Shown here: positions 45,894 through 55,987 of the stretch, piece after piece
How the letters are laid out: each line of letters begins with the position of its first letter
Position numbering within the stretch: position 1 is the stretch's first letter
DNA from: a virus
Taxonomy: Duplodnaviria; Caudoviricetes
Reading direction: 5' to 3' (one strand)
Virus record (IMG/VR): IMGVR_UViG_3300013800_000006
Span: 11,926-75,925 of that record
DNA: 64,000 nt
Program-made: the position numbers and the translations under genes
The notes under the pieces: generated by a model
What the model was told of the DNA's origin: nothing
Seen by the model: the letters and a program-made list of their open reading frames with translations, nothing else
Database searches by the model: none

Positions 45894-46693
45894 ACGAACT
45901 ACAACGATTCTGTCAATGGTATGATGAAGCTCTATTGATGGCTTTGTTAGGGCATCGATTGACGGTCGATGCGGAAATTAAAATATCAGCCGATACAAAA
46001 GTCTTAAAAAAGATTTTTGTGAATCCGGCTAAACACCAGAGTTATCCAGATGAATTACAAACTCTGATGTCTTCGACCTGTATTTGGGATGGTCAAGAAG
46101 TGAGAATTTCATACTCAAAAAGTGAAGGGTGGACAGGAAGGCATCAACTTGAACACTTATTCATCATGCCATTTCTCAACAGCCACTTTCTCGCCGTTCA
46201 CTGGGCGTTGGCGCGCTGGATGGAGGCGAAAATCAGTCAAGATTTTGGTAGTGGTTTAGATCAAAACATCATATTTAAACCCAATTGGCCTCAGCAAGAT
46301 ACACCCGATGTCCGCTGGAACTGTATGCTCAATTACTTAATCTTTAACGTAGGGAAAGATTTATCGGAAATAGAGCTGGTTTCTGCTGACGACTTTGAGT
46401 ATCTCAATTGTCAACCTTTACCCAACATGAGGTATTTTTGTTACATCAACGAACACATAATCCAATTCAATTATTCTTCGGGTCATTTAGGTCGGTATGA
46501 TACCGATCAACAATGGCATTCTGTTCAAGAGTTTGAACTCACCGATCAACACTCCATCTTAATGTTGCTCGCTCAATTGAAAGAAGTGGCAATGTCGAAT
46601 TTGTTATGGGATTACATTTCCAAACCAGGAGACGATTGGTTGAGTAGCTCCACCTTCTTTGATGAATATCGAGTATGGTCCGGGACCAACTGA
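45878..46693 (+). CDS. Paralogue family X, member 1
   Basis: PNMRYFCYINEHIIQFNYSSGHLGRY...QQW. Confidence 0.65.
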   Translation: MGSTMNELQRFCQWYDEALLMALLGHRLTVDAEIKISADTKVLKKIFVNPAKHQSYPDELQTLMSSTCIWDGQEVRISYSKSEGWTGRHQLEHLFIMPFLNSHFLAVHWALARWMEAKISQDFGSGLDQNIIFKPNWPQQDTPDVRWNCMLNYLIFNVGKDLSEIELVSADDFEYLNCQPLPNMRYFCYINEHIIQFNYSSGHLGRYDTDQQWHSVQEFELTDQHSILMLLAQLKEVAMSNLLWDYISKPGDDWLSSSTFFDEYRVWSGTN

Positions 46694-47555
46694 TCTATCC
46701 TTTCAACTCCACCCACCATATAGGCTGAAACTCATGAACGTAGAGTCTTACATTCAATGGTTTGATATTGAAGCTGCCAAAATCTTAAACTGCTGGGAAG
46801 TAAAAGAGGCGAACGGTCTCGTTGGCTTTCGACTCAATACTGACCGGTATCGTGCACTGCTAGATTCCATTAGCGATACCCGATTTCGAGAACCTATCAC
46901 CAATATGAAAGCGACATGTGACTGGGACGGAAAACAAGTCTGTACTCAATATCCAAACGCTAAACCTTATTATGAAGATGACCCCGCATATTTATTCTTC
47001 CTCCCTTATACCAGTGTAGCCATGGCGGCATTCCATTTGACTTTAGACAAAATTATACAAGCAGTCAAAGCTCCAGAGCAATTGGCACTGTATGAAAAAC
47101 AAGAAACTCATGTCATGCTGCAAAAAGAATACATTCCTGACGACAGTAAAGCGGTGCGGGTGCTTTGTGCGTTCAACTGGCTACGAACGACTCACAGTCA
47201 GCAACTGAATCAAGTCAATCACACCATCGTTCCTGATAGTGAAAAAGACTTTGTTCTACCTAATGTTCAATATATCTACACCATCGGTCATCATATCCTT
47301 CAAGTGGCACCAAATACTCTCCATTTAGGATACCTCAGGGACAGCGATTGGAGTGAAGAACAACAACTGCCTCATCAAAACCAAACCCATTTAATCATAG
47401 GGTTGTTAGAACTAAAACGTTCAGCAGTTTGTTCGTTATTAGGTGAAATTTTGCATGAATTGCCCGAAAACTGGCTCACCTGTCCTCAATTCTTAGATCA
47501 GATGGGTAAATGGTATGGACATGAATGGTCTATTATGACCATTAACAACCCGTAA
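46659..47555 (+). CDS. Paralogue family X, member 2
   Basis: PNVQYIYTIGHHILQVAPNTLHLGYL...SDW. Confidence 0.65.
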   Translation: MMNIEYGPGPTDLSFQLHPPYRLKLMNVESYIQWFDIEAAKILNCWEVKEANGLVGFRLNTDRYRALLDSISDTRFREPITNMKATCDWDGKQVCTQYPNAKPYYEDDPAYLFFLPYTSVAMAAFHLTLDKIIQAVKAPEQLALYEKQETHVMLQKEYIPDDSKAVRVLCAFNWLRTTHSQQLNQVNHTIVPDSEKDFVLPNVQYIYTIGHHILQVAPNTLHLGYLRDSDWSEEQQLPHQNQTHLIIGLLELKRSAVCSLLGEILHELPENWLTCPQFLDQMGKWYGHEWSIMTINNP

Positions 47556-47594
47556 AAGAGTTACTTTACAACGATTATAATCATTATATAATCG

Positions 47595-48521
47595 TTGTAT
47601 TCCACCGGAAAAACAAAAAGGTCTTATATGAAACAGTTTGAAAAAGCCAGTGCAAATGTCCTAAAAACTCTCCGCCACATCATGCTTAATTCTATTGCAC
47701 TCACTTCCGTCACCGCTGATGATGAGACTCCTGTTGTCATTCAAATCCACTGGGATGAGATCATTAAAATGATCAATGATCGTATTCCTGATTGTTCACC
47801 ATTCTTTACAAGCTTTATCAAAACCAAAACATATCATAACCAATGGTTATTAGATGGGACGTGTTCACTAGTAACATCAGAATGGCTAAAAGATCAACAA
47901 TCGACCACTGAAATGCCCAGTTTTCAGACCGGAGTGAAAACTGCATTATCCCAAGTATTGAAGGAATTAAGTCTTAATGCCATTACAGCATGTTATGCCC
48001 TCATTACTCAACAACCGATTGAAGATCTAATAAATATGCAATTCGATAAGATCAAACTTAAACGGGGGACTAAATGGAAAGGTGCTGATGATTATGAATT
48101 ACGAATTGTGGGTTTGTTAAATCTACTGAGTGGAGTATCCAATGACTTTTTACTTGAATCTTTAGTCAAGATTAATCCTAACAAAAACACCTCATTCCAA
48201 CTACAACCCGGTTGCACCAAACTGTATAGCTATCATTACTGGTTTCTTCAACTAGGTGAATATAATCACCATGTTGGGCGATACCGTAAAATGCCCGATA
48301 ACTCAGCACAATGGGAAGAGTTTGGAGCACTCACCACGATGGGTAATTCTAATCCATTACCATTGCTAACTCTTTTACTGACTAAAGAACTCGTTAGTTT
48401 ACATGATACATATTTAGATCAGTTAGATGAAGGTCTCTCCACATGGTACAACGAGCCTTTAGCTGAATTGAAAAAACAATTTAGTTCTGAGTTTTTAACA
48501 ACCCGTTGGATTATTAAATAG
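47595..48521 (+). CDS. Paralogue family X, member 3
   Basis: PGCTKLYSYHYWFLQLGEYNHHVGRY...AQW; the true start is probably ATG 47628. Confidence 0.6.
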   Translation: MYSTGKTKRSYMKQFEKASANVLKTLRHIMLNSIALTSVTADDETPVVIQIHWDEIIKMINDRIPDCSPFFTSFIKTKTYHNQWLLDGTCSLVTSEWLKDQQSTTEMPSFQTGVKTALSQVLKELSLNAITACYALITQQPIEDLINMQFDKIKLKRGTKWKGADDYELRIVGLLNLLSGVSNDFLLESLVKINPNKNTSFQLQPGCTKLYSYHYWFLQLGEYNHHVGRYRKMPDNSAQWEEFGALTTMGNSNPLPLLTLLLTKELVSLHDTYLDQLDEGLSTWYNEPLAELKKQFSSEFLTTRWIIK

Positions 48522-48527
48522 TTTAAG

Positions 48528-48992
48528 GTGAATACTATGAGCAAAAGCTTTCCGTTATTCAGATTTACCACCCAATTTCAAGGCTTAGAAAGTTTAAGTC
48601 TTTGGAAACATAAAAATGGAGGTGTATATTCCATATTAGTATTCACCGATATTGAATCTCCACAAACTGCAAATATCTTATACATGCGGATTAAAGATAC
48701 TTCCATTTGGCTACGACCATATCTTCGATGGCATACGTCATTTACATTATTACCCGATTCTAGTCTACAAGAAACCGTTTTGTACATGGAAAATTCAGCC
48801 GAAGGTATAAAACTGGGATCAACTTGGTTAGATTACAATCAAACCCAAAACATCGTGGTTGGCTTTGCTAATCTTTTAACTGAAAACCCCACGGAATATC
48901 CTATCACCATTCTTTATCATCAACGCTTCGCCAATGAACTCAGAAGCTGTAACTGGGGAACTTGGAAAGCTTCTATGCTCAAACTAAAGTGA
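48528..48992 (+). CDS. Hypothetical protein with an internal duplication-like pattern
   Basis: WKHKNGGVYSIL...ILYMRIKDTSIWLRP and WLDYNQTQNIVV...ILYHQ. Confidence 0.5.
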   Translation: MNTMSKSFPLFRFTTQFQGLESLSLWKHKNGGVYSILVFTDIESPQTANILYMRIKDTSIWLRPYLRWHTSFTLLPDSSLQETVLYMENSAEGIKLGSTWLDYNQTQNIVVGFANLLTENPTEYPITILYHQRFANELRSCNWGTWKASMLKLK

Positions 48993-49000
48993 GATAGTCA

Positions 49001-49861
49001 ATGAATAATCAAGAAATGATCTTAAAAGGTGTCGCACGGTTACATGCACATCAAGTCTCTACAGTCATGTCCAAAGTCGTTTTTTCTCAACTAGACTCCA
49101 AAACGGTCAAGTGCAATTACCACAAACATGCGTTAGCTAACTATCTAAAACAGTATATCCCATTAAATAAACAAATTCCCAACATGCCCATTTTAGATCA
49201 AATGGTTGTACAATGGAAAGATGGGGATATATTTGTACATAAAGACAAAAAACCCATCAAATTTGACACAGATGTTGTTACATCTGAACTGGCTTTTGCA
49301 ATTACTCTCATACCACACATTCTATCCATCGCAATTCTTACTATCCCATCTATTGTATTTTCTTTAATAAAACCAGATGGTGATTTTGAACTACTCCAAA
49401 CACTACACACGTATGCACTTATTTCCACTTTGAACCTAACAAAGTCCTTCGACAATGAAGATTGTTTTGCTCATCGCTGCCAAACCATATTCAACTATGT
49501 ATGCAAAGAAATATTAGAACAACTTTCTACATTACACACTTGGAATAACATTGACACACTCACTTGGGCTTTACCTAATACACAACTCATATTCTATAGT
49601 GGTCATACTATCGCCCAACTGAGTGAATCAGATTGTCATGTAGGAACCGTCTCCCATCATGAAGAAGCAATCTGGCATGAAGCTTATCATTTTCCAATTG
49701 CGAATACAATTGACCTAATCAAAACACTACTTAAAGTCCGTATGGTCAGTTTGTCAGACCTTACCACTACAGCACTCTTAAACATACCAAAAGATTGGAC
49801 TACCATGAAATTTACTGACTTTAAAGAATACTACCGCCCATATTGGGGCCGCAGCCAATAA
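49001..49861 (+). CDS. Paralogue family X, member 4
   Basis: PNTQLIFYSGHTIAQLSESDCHVGTV...AIW. Confidence 0.65.
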   Translation: MNNQEMILKGVARLHAHQVSTVMSKVVFSQLDSKTVKCNYHKHALANYLKQYIPLNKQIPNMPILDQMVVQWKDGDIFVHKDKKPIKFDTDVVTSELAFAITLIPHILSIAILTIPSIVFSLIKPDGDFELLQTLHTYALISTLNLTKSFDNEDCFAHRCQTIFNYVCKEILEQLSTLHTWNNIDTLTWALPNTQLIFYSGHTIAQLSESDCHVGTVSHHEEAIWHEAYHFPIANTIDLIKTLLKVRMVSLSDLTTTALLNIPKDWTTMKFTDFKEYYRPYWGRSQ

Positions 49862-49952
49862 AATTTAAAAGAGCTTATTGACAACGATTATACAGTATAC
49901 ATATACTATAATCGTTGTAAAATCACAATTCAAACTGGAGAACACATACGCC

Positions 49953-50690
49953 ATGAGCGCGAATCTTGAAATGCAGGTGGCTATTCAAACCAAATTTACT
50001 CAAATGGGTAAAGCCGGTTTTCGCTTTACTCCACAAGGGATGCACTATCTCGCATGTCGGCTTAATGGGCATCAGTATAGAATCCCTATTGTCATTGGAC
50101 TGGATCTCATGCTAGCCGACAAACTGCTATCCATTGCAAGCCCAGAGTTAATCAATAAAACTCTAAAATTATTAGGGATGACAACTCTTGAACCGGAAGC
50201 AGTCTTGATTTTAGCAACAGGGCGTAAGCCAATCTTTTCCCCCAGCAAACGTGGTTGGCAAGAAGAACAAGCTAGCTTACTCAAACCCAAAGCGCCACAA
50301 CCCGAAGTGTTGGCAACATTGTCCGACGCTGTACGGAATCGCCTCATGGAAGCATACAAAATCAAGCTAGAGCAAAGTAAATTATGTGCGGAGTGGTTAG
50401 GATTGTTAAATCAACAATTCGATCCTCATAACCCGCCAACATCTTTGCGATCACTCATTCCTAAACCTACCATTGAAAAAGTAGTTAAACTCAACCCGCC
50501 CAAAACAATCAAAACAGTTACCACTGAAACACCACCAGCGGAAACTGTAACAGCCGAGGTGGTTACACCAACGGAAACTGTAACAGCCGAGGTGGTTACA
50601 CCAAAACATTCCCCCCAAAAAAGTAAAACTAAAAAGCGGGAAGAAGTAAAACCCGAAATTGGTACAACAGAAGCAACGACACTTAACTAA
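49953..50690 (+). CDS. Hypothetical protein with Thr/Pro/Glu-rich tail
   Basis: Start placed at ATG 49953 behind GGAG; TTGACA-18-TATACT promoter upstream. Confidence 0.6.
   Translation: MSANLEMQVAIQTKFTQMGKAGFRFTPQGMHYLACRLNGHQYRIPIVIGLDLMLADKLLSIASPELINKTLKLLGMTTLEPEAVLILATGRKPIFSPSKRGWQEEQASLLKPKAPQPEVLATLSDAVRNRLMEAYKIKLEQSKLCAEWLGLLNQQFDPHNPPTSLRSLIPKPTIEKVVKLNPPKTIKTVTTETPPAETVTAEVVTPTETVTAEVVTPKHSPQKSKTKKREEVKPEIGTTEATTLN
50539..50603 (+). repeat. 33-bp-period tandem duplication (ETVTAEVVTP x2)
   Basis: CGGAAACTGTAACAGCCGAGGTGGTTACACCA occurs twice. Confidence 0.9.
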
Positions 50691-50695
50691 GACTA

Positions 50696-50727
50696 CATAC
50701 CACTAGTGTTATAACACTAGTGGTATG
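50696..50727. repeat. Perfect 32-bp palindrome
   Basis: CATACCACTAGTGTTA|TAACACTAGTGGTATG. Confidence 0.9.
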
Positions 50728-51111
50728 CTGGAGATTAGTATGCGACATCGTTTTGAAAATTTCATTTGTCATCTCATCACATCAACCATACCAAGACCTT
50801 TAAATTATACCGAAATTTATAATAACCCACGGGGAAAAACGGGTACTAGAACCATAAAAATTTCTGACTTGGAACTCACACCAGAAGAATTACAAATACT
50901 CGATAATGCCTTCCGAGTGATATTTGCTTCTGATTTTCTCAAAATCAGGTGCATGACATTTAAAACACTCTGCACTAAAATAGAACCACCCCAATTTATA
51001 GATGGAATTAAAACAGTAGTAACTCTAAAAAATAATGCCATTTACAACCGCCATTATATCCAATGGAACCGATGCCAAAAGGCTAAACACGAAAAACTTT
51101 GCTCAACTTAG
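50725..51111 (+). CDS. Hypothetical protein
   Basis: 128 aa; the true start may be ATG 50741 behind GGAG. Confidence 0.5.
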   Translation: MLEISMRHRFENFICHLITSTIPRPLNYTEIYNNPRGKTGTRTIKISDLELTPEELQILDNAFRVIFASDFLKIRCMTFKTLCTKIEPPQFIDGIKTVVTLKNNAIYNRHYIQWNRCQKAKHEKLCST

Positions 51112-51562
51112 AACCATAATTCGTTCGCTTATTCTTATTCTGTAAACTTGCTGTAGCCCATCGGCAATTATCTTTACAATAAGGACCATCACGGTTGATA
51201 CGATCCAAAGTACAACCTGTTGGTCTTTCTCCTACATCTTCTATAAAGTTCTCAAAACTCTGTAACCATCGATCACAAACCACAATACCACGTCCACCAT
51301 AATTATTCCAATCTTTGTGCTTAGTATTAGTACATCGCTGCACCATTCCTTGATAAGTTTGAAATAATGGATGTTGATAGTGTTCTGGCTGGTATTTACG
51401 CACAGCAGGTTTACATTTAGGACAGATTGGATTCTTTTTCAATCGTGACATCACAAGAAAAGCAATCCTTTGGCAAGTGGTACATTGAACTTTCCAGTAA
51501 GTATGCCCATTATCATCTTGATGAGCACGTTCTAACACTTGATATGAACCATAAATTTCCAT
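51083..51562 (-). CDS. HNH homing endonuclease
   Basis: YQGMVQRC...NYGGRGIVVCDRW...TLDRINRDGPYCKDNCRWAT...QNKNKR; opposite to the surrounding strand. Confidence 0.85.
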   Translation of the reverse strand: MEIYGSYQVLERAHQDDNGHTYWKVQCTTCQRIAFLVMSRLKKNPICPKCKPAVRKYQPEHYQHPLFQTYQGMVQRCTNTKHKDWNNYGGRGIVVCDRWLQSFENFIEDVGERPTGCTLDRINRDGPYCKDNCRWATASLQNKNKRTNYGSKLSKVFRV

Positions 51563-51670
51563 TTGTACACCAGATTAATTAAAACAATACTATAACTCAT
51601 ACAAGATCAAATTGCAATACCTCAACAATTTGATATACTATATACATAGTCAACCAATGGAGTACACGCA

Positions 51671-52255
51671 ATGAATAAGCACGAAATCTACACTCGTGGT
51701 TTCAATCACGGTCAGTCTTTAGTCGATGCAAACATTAATTCATTCGACTCAGACAATATGGAATCATGGGAAGATTTCAGAGAAGTTATCATGCAACTAA
51801 TCTGGGAAGCCGATGATTGTTCTCGTCAATACAGCCCATTCGAGTTTTTAGCCAAAGAACTCAATGACTCCGATGATCCAGATGGAGACTGGGAACTGTA
51901 TGAATCGGGCATCAGTAACGGAGCACTCCAACAGAGTATGTTATTTTTTGGGCAACGTTGTCCTGATCTTGAACAGCCAAACCCAAACATGTGGTTAAAC
52001 ACAGATGGCGTTTATTCGGATGCCGACATTATGGACTACTTACATGAACAGTTTGGTGAAGATGCTGCAAACGCATTTGGTGATTGTTTAGACCATTTCC
52101 GTAACATGGGTACTGAACAAGAAATAATGGATACGGCCAACAACACTCTTTCCACCATCGGAACGCAAATTCGTGTTGTGGAAATTGCCGACACAACAGA
52201 TGATGGGTATGTTTGGAAATTGAATCGGACGTTAAATGAACTTGGCAATTTTTAA
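51671..52255 (+). CDS. Acidic hypothetical protein
   Basis: 194 aa rich in Asp/Glu, with promoter and SD GGAG upstream. Confidence 0.6.
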   Translation: MNKHEIYTRGFNHGQSLVDANINSFDSDNMESWEDFREVIMQLIWEADDCSRQYSPFEFLAKELNDSDDPDGDWELYESGISNGALQQSMLFFGQRCPDLEQPNPNMWLNTDGVYSDADIMDYLHEQFGEDAANAFGDCLDHFRNMGTEQEIMDTANNTLSTIGTQIRVVEIADTTDDGYVWKLNRTLNELGNF

Positions 52256-52281
52256 TCACACTGAAACTGGAGATAACGCAC

Positions 52282-52668
52282 ATGACTCGCAAGCTTAGAC
52301 TTAGCAAAAAGCACGGACTCAACCCCACCATGCTTACGTGCTTCTTTTGTGGGGAACCCAAAAATGAAATAGCACTACTAGGATCTTCATATAAAGGAGA
52401 AGCACCCAGACACATGATCTGTAATTATGAACCTTGTGATCAATGTCACGCCAAAATGAACCAAGGTGTTACGCTAGTTGAAGTAAAAGAACATAATGGT
52501 AACGGTAGACCAGACCGCCCACCCATCCAAAATAACCTCATCCCAACGGGTTCATGGTGGGTTATTACAAAAGAAGACACGGACAAAATTTTCAATCAAT
52601 CTGTTTCCAGTAAAGCGTTTATTTCGATTGAATGTGCTAATCAATTAGGTTTGCACAGTAAAGCGTAA
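52282..52668 (+). CDS. Zn-binding hypothetical protein
   Basis: CFFCG...CDQC. Confidence 0.6.
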   Translation: MTRKLRLSKKHGLNPTMLTCFFCGEPKNEIALLGSSYKGEAPRHMICNYEPCDQCHAKMNQGVTLVEVKEHNGNGRPDRPPIQNNLIPTGSWWVITKEDTDKIFNQSVSSKAFISIECANQLGLHSKA

Positions 52669-52721
52669 ACCCATCGGGATGGTTAAATATCATAACCATC
52701 CCACAACTTGAGGATCATCAC

Positions 52722-53132
52722 ATGAAACATATCATCAGTTTAGCATTACTTCTCCCGCTGACCGCACATGCGACTTGCTATATGGTATTCAATAAGAGTG
52801 GAAATTTAGTTTATCAAGCCACCACAGCACCATTTGACCTCAGTAGTCCACCGGATAGTCCAGATTATATCGCTGCGAAAGCGAAAGGTTATCGAGTTCA
52901 AATCGCGCCGGATTGCATCATAAACCGTCAGGCAACCAATATTGAGATTGCTAACGATTTAGCTAAACAAAACAATGCTGCTATTGCAGCAGAATTACGG
53001 CGACAAGTTCATGAGGACTATGAAAACCAACGACGAGCAAACTTCATCAAAGATGCTGATGAAGAACTCTTACGACGCGGTGAAATTGCCGTAAAACAAC
53101 TCCGACAGTTAAACGACTTAGATAACCAATAG
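52722..53132 (+). CDS. Secreted/periplasmic protein with signal peptide
   Basis: MKHIISLALLLPLTAHA|TCYMVF..., followed by a coiled-coil tail. Confidence 0.6.
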   Translation: MKHIISLALLLPLTAHATCYMVFNKSGNLVYQATTAPFDLSSPPDSPDYIAAKAKGYRVQIAPDCIINRQATNIEIANDLAKQNNAAIAAELRRQVHEDYENQRRANFIKDADEELLRRGEIAVKQLRQLNDLDNQ

Positions 53133-53144
53133 GATAAAACGACA

Positions 53145-53444
53145 ATGAGTTACACTCTCAATTATGAATCCGTTATTAATGGCAAACGTTGCCATCGCTG
53201 GAACACCAAAATTGAGAAAAAAGATATTAAAGGTCTTTTTAATCGACTGAGGCAACGGTTTGGCCGCTGTACGGGTAAGGTGTATTGTGACGCTAAAGAT
53301 GATAAAACATACCATGTGGGTTGGGGGTTCTTACGAACCGTCAAAAACAATGATGGTGCCTTAAACTCCTGTGAAACTTGGGTATCCATTTATGCCAACG
53401 AAGATCAAAAATACATCAACCCCAAAACAGGAGAACCATATTGA
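53145..53444 (+). CDS. Hypothetical protein
   Basis: 99 aa. Confidence 0.55.
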   Translation: MSYTLNYESVINGKRCHRWNTKIEKKDIKGLFNRLRQRFGRCTGKVYCDAKDDKTYHVGWGFLRTVKNNDGALNSCETWVSIYANEDQKYINPKTGEPY

Positions 53445-53496
53445 GATCACATTGCTGCATGGTCCGTTTTAGTATATAATATATAAATACTATAGT

Positions 53497-53790
53497 TTGG
53501 AGCGGACCATGCACACTTACTACACTATACGACCAACAAAAGACCACTTTACTGTCACTTTATTTGATGGTCATGGAGACCCAACCAATCACTATCAAGT
53601 TTGGTCTGGATCAAAACCATACTGCACTTGCCCTGGTTATTCAAAAACACCAAGTATTAAACATAAACATATTCAATTAGTCAATACATGGCTAGAAGCC
53701 GGTGGCCCAGGCTTTGCGGCATTGGAACTGATCAACGATATACCGACCATCATCCACACCCCATACGAGATCAAACTGCATGAGCATTAA
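53497..53790 (+). CDS. SWIM-like Zn-finger protein
   Basis: YCTCPGY...KHKHIQLV. Confidence 0.55.
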   Translation: MERTMHTYYTIRPTKDHFTVTLFDGHGDPTNHYQVWSGSKPYCTCPGYSKTPSIKHKHIQLVNTWLEAGGPGFAALELINDIPTIIHTPYEIKLHEH

Positions 53791-54244
53791 AACCTGGAAA
53801 ACTGAATTTTATCCTATTGCTGCCGTACAACTCGCCAACTCACTAGATTCTGTTTGCATAGAACATTCCATCCAAAAATGGAAAGGACTATTACCCAAAA
53901 ATCTTCAAAAACACGGATTAAAGAAAGACCACTTTACCATCAGCGATACTAGATCTGAATTTAATTTTGATGCTTATAGTTGTGCTTTATGTCAAAAATA
54001 TGATGATATTGAAGAAAACAAATTATGTTACAGTAAACTTCTAAAGAAGCAATGCCCATTATATCAATTTTTAGGTCGTCCTTGTGATGAATCTACTATT
54101 AACGAAAACGAAATTGTAACTGAATCATTGTTTAGAACCAGTGCTACCGATCCACAGGCAATGATAAAAGCTTTAAAAGCAACCCTCAATGCTAACTTAA
54201 CCACTAAGCGTTCCAAACGACTGGAGATCAAAAGTGAGTCTTAG
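53780..54244 (+). CDS. Cys-rich paralogue family Y, member 1
   Basis: MSIKTWKTEFYP...HSIQKWKG...CALCQKY...CP...CD...DPQAMIKAL. Confidence 0.7.
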   Translation: MSIKTWKTEFYPIAAVQLANSLDSVCIEHSIQKWKGLLPKNLQKHGLKKDHFTISDTRSEFNFDAYSCALCQKYDDIEENKLCYSKLLKKQCPLYQFLGRPCDESTINENEIVTESLFRTSATDPQAMIKALKATLNANLTTKRSKRLEIKSES

Positions 54245-54663
54245 TTCTTGGATTAAGAAGTTTTATCCAATCAAAGCGAGCCAGCTTAAAAACGCTAGCG
54301 ACCTTAAATGTGTCAAACATGCACTTCGTAAATGGAAAGGTGCCAAATCCAAAAATTTAAAACAACATGAAGTTTCTTATAAAGGTTTATTATAGACGAC
54401 ACTGAATGGTCTTTTAGTTTTGATAGTGACAGTTGTTCGTTATGTCAAAAATACCACCAATTTGGACCAAGAAATAAATATTGTTATAACAAAAAACTAC
54501 AAAAGTTCTGTCCAATCAGTGAAGTTTTAGGAAGAACTTGTGATGCTGATTCACCACAAGTCGGAGATTCAATTTTTTATCAAAGTCAACACAATCCAAA
54601 AAAATGATTAAACTACTGACTAAGGTGCGAAATAAACTCCGTAAAGAAAAACATAACTCTTAA
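54234..54663 (+). pseudogene. Family Y member 2, with two single-base frameshifts
   Basis: MSLSSWIKKFYP...KWKG, shift at GGTTT, ...CSLCQKY...CP...CD..., shift in an A7 run, MIKLL. Confidence 0.75.
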
Positions 54664-54688
54664 TCCACACAACACAATAGGTAATGCT

Positions 54689-55120
54689 ATGAGCATAGTA
54701 ACTTGGCTAGATGAATTTTACCCTAAAACGGTATATGACTTGAGTGACAATCTTACCGATTTAGAATGTATTGATCACAGTATTTTAAAATGGTCAGGCG
54801 CTTTACCCGAAAACTTAGAAAAACATAATGTTATTTATGCAAGCTATGCAATAAGAAGTGACGAAATTAACTTCACATTCGATGGGCACACCTGCGCCCT
54901 ATGCCAAATATACCGTACTGAAGATTATGGATGTTATAACCCAGAGCTTAATAAAACTTGCCCTATCGTTCGGGTTTTACAGCGATGTTGTGATCAATCC
55001 AACCGAGTTGATTCAAAACGAGAACTTAGTATTTATGATCAAAGTCGAGATACACCTGAACCTATGATCAATTTATTACAACAAACCCGTGAGTATGTCC
55101 TTAAGGAAGGAAAAGTATGA
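54689..55120 (+). CDS. Family Y member 3
   Basis: MSIVTWLDEFYP...KWSG...CALCQIY...DTPEPMINLL. Confidence 0.7.
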   Translation: MSIVTWLDEFYPKTVYDLSDNLTDLECIDHSILKWSGALPENLEKHNVIYASYAIRSDEINFTFDGHTCALCQIYRTEDYGCYNPELNKTCPIVRVLQRCCDQSNRVDSKRELSIYDQSRDTPEPMINLLQQTREYVLKEGKV

Positions 55121-55527
55121 GTTACAAAACTTGGGTTGAAGAATTTTATACACCGCGTTCTTTCGATGTAGGTGTTGACAAATCAGATGCTGAATGTATT
55201 GCTCACTGTATAACCAAATGGGAAGGAGCATTACCCGATAATACTCTAAAACACCATGTTAGCTATTTAAGTCATTTAATTTACACACCCAATGAACCAA
55301 TAAAAAATCGTGTAAATTCTTTAATTTTTAATGGAGCTTCTTGTGCGTTATGTCACAAATATTCGGATGCATGTCGTCATCCTGAAACAGAACTATTATG
55401 TCCCCTTGCACAAAGTTTGGGATGTAGTTGTGACAATGATGATACAACGCCTTATGTAAAAAGCCAAGATGATCCACAACCCATGATTAATGCTCTTAAA
55501 AAAGCATACAATTTCACTAACGACTGA
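55117..55527 (+). CDS. Family Y member 4
   Basis: MSYKTWVEEFY...KWEG...CALCHKY...DDPQPMINAL. Confidence 0.7.
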   Translation: MSYKTWVEEFYTPRSFDVGVDKSDAECIAHCITKWEGALPDNTLKHHVSYLSHLIYTPNEPIKNRVNSLIFNGASCALCHKYSDACRHPETELLCPLAQSLGCSCDNDDTTPYVKSQDDPQPMINALKKAYNFTND

Positions 55528-55537
55528 GGAATACCAC

Positions 55538-55987
55538 ATGAGCCTTGAATCTTGGTTAGATGAGTTCTATCCTATACACAATCAACAAAACGTGTTACCC
55601 GCTTCTCAAATATCCGATGAACTTTTGCTAAAAGAAGCACTTTTAAAATGGACCGGCGCTTTGCCAGAAAATACAGCCAAACATGGTGTCTGTTATTATC
55701 AACACGACATAGTAGCTCCATCAGAACATAATAAACCCACTTCATTTCTTCCTTTTGATTATAGCACTTGTCGATTATGCAAAAAATATACAAATAACAG
55801 CCCGGATATAGAAATTTCACCAGAATTATGTGGAATGTCACCAGATGGTGCAACTGTTACACTGTGTCCTTTTTTTAGGATATTTGGAAAACGTTGTGAT
55901 CGACCACCTAATAGTTTTTATGTAAAGAGCGAAAATAACCCACAACCGATGATCAAAGCACTCAAATATCTTTTGACCAAAGTATAA
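55538..55987 (+). CDS. Family Y member 5
   Basis: MSLESWLDEFYP...KWTG...CRLCKKY...NNPQPMIKAL; start placed at ATG 55538 behind GAGGA. Confidence 0.7.
   Translation: MSLESWLDEFYPIHNQQNVLPASQISDELLLKEALLKWTGALPENTAKHGVCYYQHDIVAPSEHNKPTSFLPFDYSTCRLCKKYTNNSPDIEISPELCGMSPDGATVTLCPFFRIFGKRCDRPPNSFYVKSENNPQPMIKALKYLLTKV

Noticed and set aside
51671-52255. Ocr-like DNA mimic
   Set aside because: Acidic composition alone is insufficient; no recognisable sequence similarity.
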